Shown here piece by piece: positions 27,376 through 36,463 of a stretch of DNA of 64,000 nt. This DNA is from a virus. Every line of letters starts with the position of its first letter. Within the stretch, counting starts at the first letter, position 1. Both the position numbers and the translations under genes were made by a program. Under the pieces are notes generated by a model. The model had not been told where the DNA came from, made no database searches, and saw nothing but the letters and a program-made list of their open reading frames with translations. The stretch covers positions 1 through 64,000 of the IMG/VR virus record IMGVR_UViG_3300034378_000186, one strand, 5' to 3'.

Positions 27376-30300
27376 ATGAAAAGAATATTATTTGGTATAT
27401 TGTTGATTCTATTAGGGGTGTTAGTTAATGCCCAAGATCAACCAGTTTTGGCTTTACCAAACAGAGGTGCCCCTTCTAATTCTGATGTGTATTATTTAAG
27501 TAGTGCAGCAGGGACAGATTATAAGATTCAACATTCTGATATCTGGAATGATATTTATCAAAATTATGTTTTGAGATTAACAGATACAGGGGTAATTGAT
27601 ACTTCCTATTATATAATGATAAACAACGGAACTAAAACTTATAAGGTGAAATATAAGGTATTGGTTTCAGATCTTGATACAGTATTGTATGCTTATTTTG
27701 CTGGATATGCTTATTTTGCTGGATATGCTTATAATGTAGATACTGCTCAGGATAATATGTTTGTAAAAGATACAATGTTTATAAATTATGGTAGGTTACT
27801 TGATATTAAAGATTCAATAGATGTTGGATATTATATTGAAAGTGATTTTGTATTAAGTGATAACTTTTTCACAAATGGGGATTTTAAATTTAATGATTCT
27901 TCTTGGTGGAATGGAACAGGGAATCAGGTGTTTAAGATATATGATGAAAGGGCAAATTATTTTCAGGATGGTTCTCAAGGTTTTCAAACAAATCAATTTT
28001 CATTAGTAGATATTGATATAACAAAAGAACATTATTTTAGTTTTGAAATGGGTGGGGTTTCAAATGATCCTTTGACTTTACAATTTTTGGATAAAGATAA
28101 CAATGTTTTATTTACTAAAGTTATTCCTACTGCTTATACAGGGATTTTTGATACAATTTTGACTGTGACTGCAGATATTGAAGTAATGAATATTCAAGGG
28201 TTTTCAAGTCCTGGAGCAAGTTTTTGGTTTGATAATTTTTATTTAAGTGAAAGAAGTTATAAACCAATTCTGAAATATGATACAACGGTAGTTTTTGAAA
28301 ATATTCAATTTCAAAATTTACGATTGGATGAATTATTATCAAGTAGGGTTGGATATTTAGGTGATGCAATAGTAAGGGATACGATATTTTCAAAATTAGA
28401 TATTGGAGGATTTAAACCTATTATTCCTTTAAATGAATCAAATTTTGATTCAGTGGGATTGTGGGATGTGGCAGGAGGTATTATAAGTGGGGGTAAATTT
28501 CAGAATGTTGCAAATCCTCTTACTATTTATGCAAATTATCCTGTTGATTTACAAGCAGGAGATTCAGTATATGTTGAAATTTATTTTGATGTAAAAGATG
28601 GATTTGGAGGGGGAAGTATACAAGTAAGTTTTAATACAGATTCTTTAGATACTATTTTTATTCCAGATAATTGGCATACAAATTATAAATGGGTTACAAG
28701 ATTTCATACTTTAAATTCTCCTTCTACTCAATTTTCTTTTTCAGGAGTAAGGGAAGAATCATCTATTATGAATTTAGGTATTGATAGAATTATAGTTGGT
28801 AAATATGAACAGGGTGCTGTTAGAGATTTGGCTTTTGATAAACCAATTGGATTAAAAAATGTTATTGTTCATAGTGATCAAATTTCAAGTATTGAGGCGG
28901 AAAAGGTTGATGGTAAAGTAGATAGTTCTTATTATTCAGATATTGCAGGAGAATTATTAAATGGCCTTAAAGATGATACAGTTTTTACAAATTATATTTT
29001 CCCTTATCAATCTGGAACTTCTTTAGAAATTGGTCATGATACTACTGAAACTGAAGTTTTATTTTCTGATAAATTATTGTTAAAAGGAGATAGAACTTTA
29101 GGAGATACAACAATTCAATTTAAAGTTACTGAAATTGAAACTGATTATACTGGACTAGAGATGTATGGTTGGATCTATGAGAATTGGTCAGGGAATGATG
29201 ATCTTCATAAGTTTTTTGAGTGGGATGGTTATTATCATACTCTGATGATTGGTCACGAGGGGAATGATAGACAGTACTTAGATGTATCGGAGTTTGACTT
29301 ATTGATGGGTGGACAAGATAACTCAATAGATCTTGGTGGATATAGTATGAGCTTAGGTGGTAAATCTAATAATATAACTACTGGATATTATAGAATCTCT
29401 ATAGGTGGTAATAGTAATTCACTTTCAGGATCAACTACTTTTGATGCAGGGGCGATTATAATCGGAGGTTATGATAATGACTTGAATGGGAATTCTGAAT
29501 CTCCAATAATCATAGGTGGTAATACCAATACTTTAGGGAATGGTAATGATTACTCCATGATTTTGAATGGAAAAGATAATACAATCTCTGGAGATTTTAA
29601 TACTTATAATACTATCATATCAGGAGAAGGTAATATACTTAGTGGAACTTATAACATAGTAGGAGGTTATTATAATTCAATATCTGGTAATTATAATATT
29701 TCTACGGGTGGTGGTAATTCACTTGGTAGTAATTGCGACAATTCAATAGCAGTAGGGGAATATGTCAATATTGATAATTCGTATATTGGTAGTGCAGGAT
29801 TTGGAGAAGAGATATTTATAGACGGAGAAGGTAACCTTGTTTCAGGTTACTATAATAGTATTACCGCTGATTATTCAGCCATAGCAGGTGGTAGTGAATC
29901 GAGTATTAGTAGTTTTGGGTCTAATTGTTTTATTGGTGGAGGTTATGATGCCAGTATTCAAGGAGGGTCTAATTGTTTTATTGGTGGAGGTTATGATGCC
30001 AGTATTCAAGGAGGTTCTGGTAATTTTATAATAGGAGGAGAGGAGTTGCAAGTTCAAAATTCTAATAGTAACTATTCAGGAGTGATAGGAGGTTATCAAA
30101 ATGTTTTGGATGATTGTGAGAATTCAATAATACTTGGAGGACAGGGGAATAATATAGGTAATGGTACTTATGAAGCTTTTTTGGGAGGTGGTTATAATAA
30201 TGATATTGGGGGTAGTTCAGGATCTAATAGATCTGTAATACTTGGGGGAGATGAAAATCAATTAAATGGCGGGGGAAAATCTGCTATGATTGCTACCGAA

Positions 30301-31170
30301 TCAAGTATTTTCTCTAAAGGTAATTATTCTTTAATGGGGGCTACTTCTAATTCTGAAATGAGTTTTAATAATGGCGGCGGCGGTTGTATTATATTAGGAG
30401 GAGATTATAATTATATGGGGGCGTCAGGAACTTATGATATTTCAGGAGGGGTAATGTTAGGAGGAGATTCTAATTATTATGAGAACGGAAATTATGGGGC
30501 AATAATTGGAGGATTAAATCATGTTATTGATTCAGGGCAAAGTATAATTTTATTAGGGGGTACAGATTTAATAGGTCATTCTAATAATACAACAATTACT
30601 GGAAAATATAATAATCAAGGCCAATATTTAAGTGATAGTGTTTTGTTTGTGGTTGGTAATGGAACAGCTTTTGATATGAGATCAGATGTTTTTTGGGTAA
30701 ATGAAAATGGTCATGGTTATATTAATGGTAAATTGAATTTTGGAGCTAAAGATTCTGCTAATATATATTTTCGTGAGGTGGGAGATGGAACAGATACTTT
30801 ATATGTAAATTGTTATTCAGGGGTTGTAAAAATTGGGAATAATTCTTTGATTGTTGATCAATCAGGGAATGTTAATATATCTGGTAATTTAACTGTAAAT
30901 GGTACTACAATAGGTGTTGATACAAGTTCTTTTTCAGAAACGTTACCACAAATTAACGGATTAAGGTATAAACAGAAATCTTCAGGTATTACTACAACTT
31001 TATGGGCAAGTCCTCTTGAGGGTGATTTGATAGTAATTTTTAACAGGGGTGGAGGAAGTAATACTATTAACGGTAATGGAAATAATATAGAAGGCAGTGC
31101 TACTACCTCTTTAAATAATGGGGAAACTCTTCATTTAAGATTTATTGATGGTGAATGGTTAATCGAATAA
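27376..31170 (+). CDS. large fibre/adhesin-like protein with signal peptide and Gly-Asn beta-roll repeats
   Basis: MKRILFGILLILLGVLVNA-Q; many IGGxxN repeats; LFVVGNGT..RSDVF. Confidence 0.7.
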   Translation: MKRILFGILLILLGVLVNAQDQPVLALPNRGAPSNSDVYYLSSAAGTDYKIQHSDIWNDIYQNYVLRLTDTGVIDTSYYIMINNGTKTYKVKYKVLVSDLDTVLYAYFAGYAYFAGYAYNVDTAQDNMFVKDTMFINYGRLLDIKDSIDVGYYIESDFVLSDNFFTNGDFKFNDSSWWNGTGNQVFKIYDERANYFQDGSQGFQTNQFSLVDIDITKEHYFSFEMGGVSNDPLTLQFLDKDNNVLFTKVIPTAYTGIFDTILTVTADIEVMNIQGFSSPGASFWFDNFYLSERSYKPILKYDTTVVFENIQFQNLRLDELLSSRVGYLGDAIVRDTIFSKLDIGGFKPIIPLNESNFDSVGLWDVAGGIISGGKFQNVANPLTIYANYPVDLQAGDSVYVEIYFDVKDGFGGGSIQVSFNTDSLDTIFIPDNWHTNYKWVTRFHTLNSPSTQFSFSGVREESSIMNLGIDRIIVGKYEQGAVRDLAFDKPIGLKNVIVHSDQISSIEAEKVDGKVDSSYYSDIAGELLNGLKDDTVFTNYIFPYQSGTSLEIGHDTTETEVLFSDKLLLKGDRTLGDTTIQFKVTEIETDYTGLEMYGWIYENWSGNDDLHKFFEWDGYYHTLMIGHEGNDRQYLDVSEFDLLMGGQDNSIDLGGYSMSLGGKSNNITTGYYRISIGGNSNSLSGSTTFDAGAIIIGGYDNDLNGNSESPIIIGGNTNTLGNGNDYSMILNGKDNTISGDFNTYNTIISGEGNILSGTYNIVGGYYNSISGNYNISTGGGNSLGSNCDNSIAVGEYVNIDNSYIGSAGFGEEIFIDGEGNLVSGYYNSITADYSAIAGGSESSISSFGSNCFIGGGYDASIQGGSNCFIGGGYDASIQGGSGNFIIGGEELQVQNSNSNYSGVIGGYQNVLDDCENSIILGGQGNNIGNGTYEAFLGGGYNNDIGGSSGSNRSVILGGDENQLNGGGKSAMIATESSIFSKGNYSLMGATSNSEMSFNNGGGGCIILGGDYNYMGASGTYDISGGVMLGGDSNYYENGNYGAIIGGLNHVIDSGQSIILLGGTDLIGHSNNTTITGKYNNQGQYLSDSVLFVVGNGTAFDMRSDVFWVNENGHGYINGKLNFGAKDSANIYFREVGDGTDTLYVNCYSGVVKIGNNSLIVDQSGNVNISGNLTVNGTTIGVDTSSFSETLPQINGLRYKQKSSGITTTLWASPLEGDLIVIFNRGGGSNTINGNGNNIEGSATTSLNNGETLHLRFIDGEWLIE
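27688..27732 (+). repeat. 18-bp in-frame tandem repeat x2.5
   Basis: TATGCTTATTTTGCTGGA (YAYFAG). Confidence 0.9.
29917..30012 (+). repeat. 48-bp perfect in-frame tandem repeat x2
   Basis: GSNCFIGGGYDASIQG encoded twice identically. Confidence 0.9.
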
Positions 31171-31180
31171 ATTAGAAATT

Positions 31181-31564
31181 ATGTCTTTAATAAGTAGATC
31201 AATATCAGTTGGAGCAAGAGGTTGTAATTTTAAAACTTTAAAAGAAGTTTGTGATTCCATTACAGATAGTGGACCAACTAAGCCTTGTGAAATTATTGGA
31301 TATACAGAAGTATTTACTGAAGATCCTTTTACTATTCCTGCTCATACTGTTTTGAATTTAAGGAATTTTATTTTAACTCCAAATAACAATTCTGCAGATT
31401 TTATAACTATGAGTGATGCCTCTGTTATAAGATTTGCAAAAAGAATTGATGCTCCTACAACATCTGGAGCTGCTGTTCTTTTGAATGGATTTATAACAGG
31501 AAATGTTGCTATAATTAATCTTAAAGCAAGATATGCAAAATGGTGTGATGGAGGTTATATTTAA
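31181..31564 (+). CDS. short tailspike/pectin-lyase N-terminal-like protein, possibly truncated
   Basis: VGARGCNFKTLKEVCDSITDS resembles beta-helix cap. Confidence 0.4.
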   Translation: MSLISRSISVGARGCNFKTLKEVCDSITDSGPTKPCEIIGYTEVFTEDPFTIPAHTVLNLRNFILTPNNNSADFITMSDASVIRFAKRIDAPTTSGAAVLLNGFITGNVAIINLKARYAKWCDGGYI

Positions 31565-31585
31565 TAACTAAAAAATAAAAATATT

Positions 31586-31996
31586 ATGAAAAAATTTGTT
31601 ATATTGTTTATGTTTTCAATTATTTGTATGATTGGAAAAGCTCAAACTCCAATGATAATTGATGTTTCAAATTTATCTGGGGCTGATACAACAAAGAAGA
31701 TTACTTTTTCAACAAGCGGTCCTTTTACTATTCAGGTAGAAAGTCAGGGATTAACAGGAACATTAAATGGGGTTTTTACTATTTATCAAAGAGTGAAAGG
31801 GTCAAGAAGGTGGAATCCTATTAATGTTCCAGGAAATCCTAAAACAATAGATGCTGCTGATGATAGTTGGCAGTTTGAAGATAAAGTTGGAAATTCTACT
31901 TCTGAATATTTAATTAGATATGAAAAGAATGAAACAACTGGAGGGTATTTGATTGTAAATATTCAAGAATTATCAGTACGAACCTCAAATAGATAA
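31586..31996 (+). CDS. secreted beta-rich protein
   Basis: Signal peptide ..MIGKA-Q. Confidence 0.65.
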   Translation: MKKFVILFMFSIICMIGKAQTPMIIDVSNLSGADTTKKITFSTSGPFTIQVESQGLTGTLNGVFTIYQRVKGSRRWNPINVPGNPKTIDAADDSWQFEDKVGNSTSEYLIRYEKNETTGGYLIVNIQELSVRTSNR

Positions 31997-31999
31997 ATT

Positions 32000-33466
32000 A
32001 TGAAAAGAATATTGTTTTTGTTGATATTATATCTACCATTATTTTTATATGGTCAAGATTATAGCGATAATAAGGTTATTGATATTAATCCTGGAGGTGG
32101 AGGAGGTCCTGACAGCACGTGGGTAACCATAACTACTGACACATTAAAAGTTAATGAACACCTGGAAGTCAGTGGAACTGCCACAATAGCAGAAATGGAA
32201 GTGACCGGCGCATCGTCGGTCGACGCCAACTTCTCGATTACCGGGGAGAACTATATGAGCCTCGACTATTGGTTAGAGAGCGCATTGCCGAGTTCCTCCA
32301 GTGGACCGAAATCCTTTATCGCGTCCAAGACAGACGGGGGTGGCAACCCTTATCTGTGGCACGTACAAGACCTTGGCACGTATAAGATACTGGACGAGTA
32401 CTACTTAGAGGTGGAAGGTGCCGGTCTGGTGAAGTACTTCACACCAACAGGCACGAACGACCTGGCGGAGTTCGAGCTGTACTGCACGTACCAGATGGCC
32501 AAGGGACAGCCTGCGTACATATACGACCCTAGCGACAACGGACTGGACATACAGTACCCGTCGGCGACTGGCAAAAGTTACAACAGACTGCCGTGGATCG
32601 GCGTGTCAACGGACGGGGACGACGCTCCACGAATTAGGATAGATAGCGGAACGCTGTTCAGCCAGATGGGAATAAAGAACTTCAGCATAGACGTGTTCGG
32701 TGACATAACGATACACTCGTACGGCGCGGAGATGGACTTCGCCAACGTCTACATCAAGAAGAACGCCAAGATAACGATAAGTGGCTCGGGCAAGTTCAAG
32801 TTCTACCGGCTCAAGACCTATTCCTCGACCGGGATAAGCAGGATGAACATAAAAAACATGGCTAACATGTACATAACTTACTTCTTGACCGTCGGCCCCA
32901 GCGGCATAGACTTGCAGATAGAGGACGGCGGGGTGCTCGACATAGGCAAGGGCGACGACAAAGTGGAGATTCACGTGGGATACAACTTAGGAACGCCACA
33001 GAACGACGCGAGGCTCAGCGTCGCGGATTACAACAACATAGACTCGGTGGTCGTCCACGGGGACAGGTGCATAGTGGAATTAACGAACTGCGACGCACTG
33101 GACATCAGACCCACAGCGGACGCAACGACTGTGATAGGAAACGGCAACGTCGTGAACGACGGAGGAACTAACAGCGTAATCCTGGAGGACATCGCTGATG
33201 GCAAGATGCCGGCCGACACGTCTTCGCTGGGCGAGACCATACCCCGCATGAACGAGCTGGTGTACAAGCAGAAGGGCAACGGTATAACCACCACGCTCTG
33301 GGCGAGTCCCGAGGAGGGTGACAACCTTGTGATAATAAACAGGGGCGGTGGCAGCAACACGATTTCGGGAAACGGGAACAACATCGAGGGGTCGGCGACC
33401 ACGACGATTAACGACGACGAGAGCTTCAGCCTCGTGTACATTAACGGCGAGTGGCTGATATATTAA
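32000..33466 (+). CDS. fibre-like protein with signal peptide, high-GC body; C-terminus paralogous to 27376..31170
   Basis: ..LFLYG-Q; DTSS..YKQK..GITTTLWASP.EGD..NRGGGSNTI.GNGNNIEGSATT..GEWLI in both. Confidence 0.75.
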   Translation: MKRILFLLILYLPLFLYGQDYSDNKVIDINPGGGGGPDSTWVTITTDTLKVNEHLEVSGTATIAEMEVTGASSVDANFSITGENYMSLDYWLESALPSSSSGPKSFIASKTDGGGNPYLWHVQDLGTYKILDEYYLEVEGAGLVKYFTPTGTNDLAEFELYCTYQMAKGQPAYIYDPSDNGLDIQYPSATGKSYNRLPWIGVSTDGDDAPRIRIDSGTLFSQMGIKNFSIDVFGDITIHSYGAEMDFANVYIKKNAKITISGSGKFKFYRLKTYSSTGISRMNIKNMANMYITYFLTVGPSGIDLQIEDGGVLDIGKGDDKVEIHVGYNLGTPQNDARLSVADYNNIDSVVVHGDRCIVELTNCDALDIRPTADATTVIGNGNVVNDGGTNSVILEDIADGKMPADTSSLGETIPRMNELVYKQKGNGITTTLWASPEEGDNLVIINRGGGSNTISGNGNNIEGSATTTINDDESFSLVYINGEWLIY

Positions 33467-33514
33467 AAAACTTTATTAAAAATTAAATAATTACTAATTT
33501 AAACATAACAGAAA

Positions 33515-34081
33515 ATGAAATCAATTAAATTATTTATTATCGCATTAATTAGTTTGGTAACTTTTACAGTCGAAGCCCAAATGAGCGATAGTGCAATGGC
33601 TGTTTATGATTCTGCAGTTTGTCAGGATGCAATTAGTGATATTGGTAATCCTACATGTGCTAAATATGTAGATTATTTATATTATAATTGGAAAGGAGAT
33701 GTAAATGATTTTGATTCTCTTGAACAAATTAATTTTTGTACAGTAACAGGTACTTTAGTAACTGTTTATGGTGCTGATACTGTTGCATTAATTATTACAT
33801 GTCAAATAACTCAGGGTACTCCTGCAAGATTATTTAATATGAGTTTTAGTAAAAATAAAAGGAATGTTATGAATTTTGCAGAATTATTTACTTATTTTAT
33901 TGATTATTCACAAACAGGTTTAGATAAGGATTCTTTAATAGGAGAAAATGTTTATGGGTATGAGGTAGAGAATGGTAGAAAAAGAACAGGTACATTAGTA
34001 TATATAAATACTGAGGAAAAATATGGAGTAATTGAAAGAGGGAATAGAACCTACAAATGCAATTTATTTACTATCCACTAA
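33515..34081 (+). CDS. secreted hypothetical protein
   Basis: Signal peptide ..TVEA-Q. Confidence 0.65.
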   Translation: MKSIKLFIIALISLVTFTVEAQMSDSAMAVYDSAVCQDAISDIGNPTCAKYVDYLYYNWKGDVNDFDSLEQINFCTVTGTLVTVYGADTVALIITCQITQGTPARLFNMSFSKNKRNVMNFAELFTYFIDYSQTGLDKDSLIGENVYGYEVENGRKRTGTLVYINTEEKYGVIERGNRTYKCNLFTIH

Positions 34082-34287
34082 TGAGGTGGATAGTAATAAT
34101 ATTGGTTCTTTGTTTCTGTTCTTGTGTTAATCAATATCATGTTTTTCATGTGAATAGAAAATTCAGTGGTGAGGTTGAATATATTTTTATGAAAGGTAGG
34201 AAATCGATCACTGTAAAAACTGATACAATGCCTTATAAGAAAAATGAATTGATAACTTTAAGGCAAATCAAAAAGTTGGAAAAATGA
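34081..34287 (+). CDS. small lipoprotein
   Basis: MRWIVIILVLCFCSC. Confidence 0.55.
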   Translation: MRWIVIILVLCFCSCVNQYHVFHVNRKFSGEVEYIFMKGRKSITVKTDTMPYKKNELITLRQIKKLEK

Positions 34288-34487
34288 AACCTCCTAAAAA
34301 AGGAAAAATAGTAACAGGGGTAACGTTATTTAATATTTTACTTATTGCTGCTGTAACGGTGATAGGAGGTTTATTTATATGACGGAGCGTAAAACCAATT
34401 CATCGCTTTAGCGTGGATTGGATGTAAGCGACTTACTCTTCACTTACATTTTGTAATTTTGTAAAAGTTTAGACTATTTAATAATAT

Positions 34488-36395
34488 ATGCTTAAAGGAT
34501 TAAAATATCGCATTTACCCAACCAACTCACAAAAAGAGTTAATAGCCAAACATATTGGTAGTAGTCGTTTTGTGTATAACCTTGCATTAGAAACAAAAAA
34601 TACAGCATATTTAGGTTCTAAACATAACTTTTCTCCTTTTGATTTAATTAAGCAACTATCTGAACTTAAAAAAGAATATCCTTGGCTTAAAGAGGTTAAT
34701 AGCCAATCTTTACAGCAAGCTATCCAAAATATGGATATTGCTTTTAAGAAATTCTTTAAAGGGGCTGGTTTTCCTAAATTCAAGTCAAAGCATAGAGGAA
34801 AACAATCTTTTTCTATTCCACAAAATGTAATAGTAGAAAATGAAAAGTTAATTATTCCTAAATTCAAGGAAGGAATCGAAATTGTTTTGCACAGACCTAT
34901 TGAAGGAACAATCAAAAGTGCAACTATTAGTATTACTTCAACAGGGAAATACTTTGTTTCAATATTAGTTGAAACCAGTAAAGAGAAACCAAGTAAAGCA
35001 CCTATTAAAGAAAAAACAACTATTGGTATTAAGTTAGGCGTATTCCCAAATATGTTTTCTACAAATAATTTTTCCGTTAGCCCATTGGCTAATAGACGAT
35101 GCGGAACTTCCAGTTCCTCTACTGGCAGCAGTGCAACTCTCCCAAACAGCAATGATTTCTCCTGTTTCCTTGCTTCTTTGAATGACTTTCTTCTTGGAAG
35201 CCGCCCAAGCAGCTTGATGCAGTTTGGATATATGCTCGGCACTACGTTTTGCCCCCTTATTGGCTTTAGATATTTTTCTTCTTGTTTCAGCAGAGTGCGT
35301 TTTTCCAAAAAAGCCATTAAATTCTCCAACTCTGGTTTTAGCGCGGTTAGAAATAGCAGCACATTCGGATTGAGTTCTTTTTCTCCCCAAAGTGCTTCTA
35401 TGGGGTACGGTGCAAATATTATAGCCGAATTTCTTTTCGTTACTCCTAAAGAAGGAAATCCAAAAGCATTCTCTATCTTGAAGGCTTGCGTAATCCTCGA
35501 CAACTTCGATGATTTGGAAATCAAAAGCATCCCATCCGTACTTAGCAATAGCCTTGTAAAATGGAAAGTTGCTTTGCAAGTTCCTTTTTCTTCTGTGTTC
35601 AGCAAATCTAAGTTTGATATTGACGGATTGCCCAATGTAGCATTTACCGTTGATTGTGTTTCTGAAGATGTAAACTCCAGATACAGATGGGATGTCTTTG
35701 AACCTTGTTTGCATATTGCAAAGATACAAAAAGAAAACGATTTAAAACCTAATTGTTCAAAAAAAGACTTAGGAATAAAATCGTTTTTAGTTACTTCTGA
35801 TGGAGAAGAAATTGATAATCCCAAATACTTACGAAAAGCACAGAGTAGATTAAAATATGTACAACGTAAATATTCAAATAACAAAGGCAAGCGCACTAAG
35901 AAAAAACTTGCTAAGCTACACGAAAAAGTAGCTAACCAAAGAAAAGATTTTCTACATAAAACCTCAACTAAACTGATTCGTGAGAACCAAACGATAGCCA
36001 TTGAGGATTTAGCGGTTGCTAACATGGTCAAGAACCATAATCTTGCACAGGCAATTAGTGATGTTAGTTGGTCAACCTTTGTTTCAATGTTGGAATACAA
36101 AGCTGATTGGTATGGTAAAAATATCTTACAAATAGGACGTTTTGCACCATCATCAAAGACTTGTTCTTGCTGTGGGTATATCAATAAAGAACTAACACTA
36201 AAAGACCGTGAATGGACTTGTCCTAAGTGTAATTCTGTACTTGACCGTGATGTGAATGCTGCTGTTAACATTAAATCATTTGCATTAAAAAATATCTTAT
36301 CTGGAACGGATAGGAAAACTCGGAACGAACTGCCTCGGTTACGAGGAGTGTTGACTTCCGAAGCCCAACCCATCGGCTCTGCCGTGGGTGGGTAG
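34488..36395 (+). CDS. tnpB: TnpB with a 245-codon in-frame insertion directly before RuvC-I Asp (probably inactive)
   Basis: KTTIGI [735 nt] DLGIKSFLVTSDG; IAIEDL; DRDVNAA. Confidence 0.85.
   Translation: MLKGLKYRIYPTNSQKELIAKHIGSSRFVYNLALETKNTAYLGSKHNFSPFDLIKQLSELKKEYPWLKEVNSQSLQQAIQNMDIAFKKFFKGAGFPKFKSKHRGKQSFSIPQNVIVENEKLIIPKFKEGIEIVLHRPIEGTIKSATISITSTGKYFVSILVETSKEKPSKAPIKEKTTIGIKLGVFPNMFSTNNFSVSPLANRRCGTSSSSTGSSATLPNSNDFSCFLASLNDFLLGSRPSSLMQFGYMLGTTFCPLIGFRYFSSCFSRVRFSKKAIKFSNSGFSAVRNSSTFGLSSFSPQSASMGYGANIIAEFLFVTPKEGNPKAFSILKACVILDNFDDLEIKSIPSVLSNSLVKWKVALQVPFSSVFSKSKFDIDGLPNVAFTVDCVSEDVNSRYRWDVFEPCLHIAKIQKENDLKPNCSKKDLGIKSFLVTSDGEEIDNPKYLRKAQSRLKYVQRKYSNNKGKRTKKKLAKLHEKVANQRKDFLHKTSTKLIRENQTIAIEDLAVANMVKNHNLAQAISDVSWSTFVSMLEYKADWYGKNILQIGRFAPSSKTCSCCGYINKELTLKDREWTCPKCNSVLDRDVNAAVNIKSFALKNILSGTDRKTRNELPRLRGVLTSEAQPIGSAVGG
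35034..35714 (-). CDS. GIY-YIG homing-type endonuclease with NUMOD3/NUMOD1-like DNA-binding motifs
   Basis: SGVYIF.N.INGKCYIGQS.N...RF..H; GYN; FFGKTHSAETRRKIS. Confidence 0.92.
   Translation of the reverse strand: MQTRFKDIPSVSGVYIFRNTINGKCYIGQSVNIKLRFAEHRRKRNLQSNFPFYKAIAKYGWDAFDFQIIEVVEDYASLQDRECFWISFFRSNEKKFGYNICTVPHRSTLGRKRTQSECAAISNRAKTRVGEFNGFFGKTHSAETRRKISKANKGAKRSAEHISKLHQAAWAASKKKVIQRSKETGEIIAVWESCTAASRGTGSSASSISQWANGKIICRKHIWEYA
35719..35726 (-). promoter_or_regulatory. Bacteroidota -7 box for GIY-YIG gene
   Basis: TATCTTTG 4 nt before ATG. Confidence 0.7.
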
Positions 36396-36463
36396 TTCAC
36401 TGAACGTAGGGTTTCAGATGCAGTTTAGGATTAAAAAAAATAAATCTAATTCTTAATTAAAAG

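Larger units (their letters stand above)
34381..36400 (+). mobile_element. IS200/IS605 tnpB-only element with GIY-YIG cassette
   Basis: TTATAT|GACGGAGCGTAAAACC hairpin ..GATGTAAGCGAC; RE GGGTAGTTCAC. Confidence 0.92.
34284..36456 (+). pseudogene. 50-aa membrane protein gene split by the IS element
   Basis: Removing 34381-36400 rejoins MKPPKKGK..VIGGLFI to LNVGFQMQFRIKKNKSNS*. Confidence 0.65.

Noticed and set aside
30916-33466. DGR template/variable repeat pair
   Set aside because: Paralogous C-termini differ mainly at synonymous positions of all bases; both are coding; no reverse transcriptase in window
35031-35765. Intein in TnpB
   Set aside because: Insert begins and ends with Lys, lacks Cys/Ser start and His-Asn end; nuclease is on the opposite strand
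34514-36400. 628-aa antisense ORF
   Set aside because: Shadow of tnpB starting in the RE; no recognisable motifs
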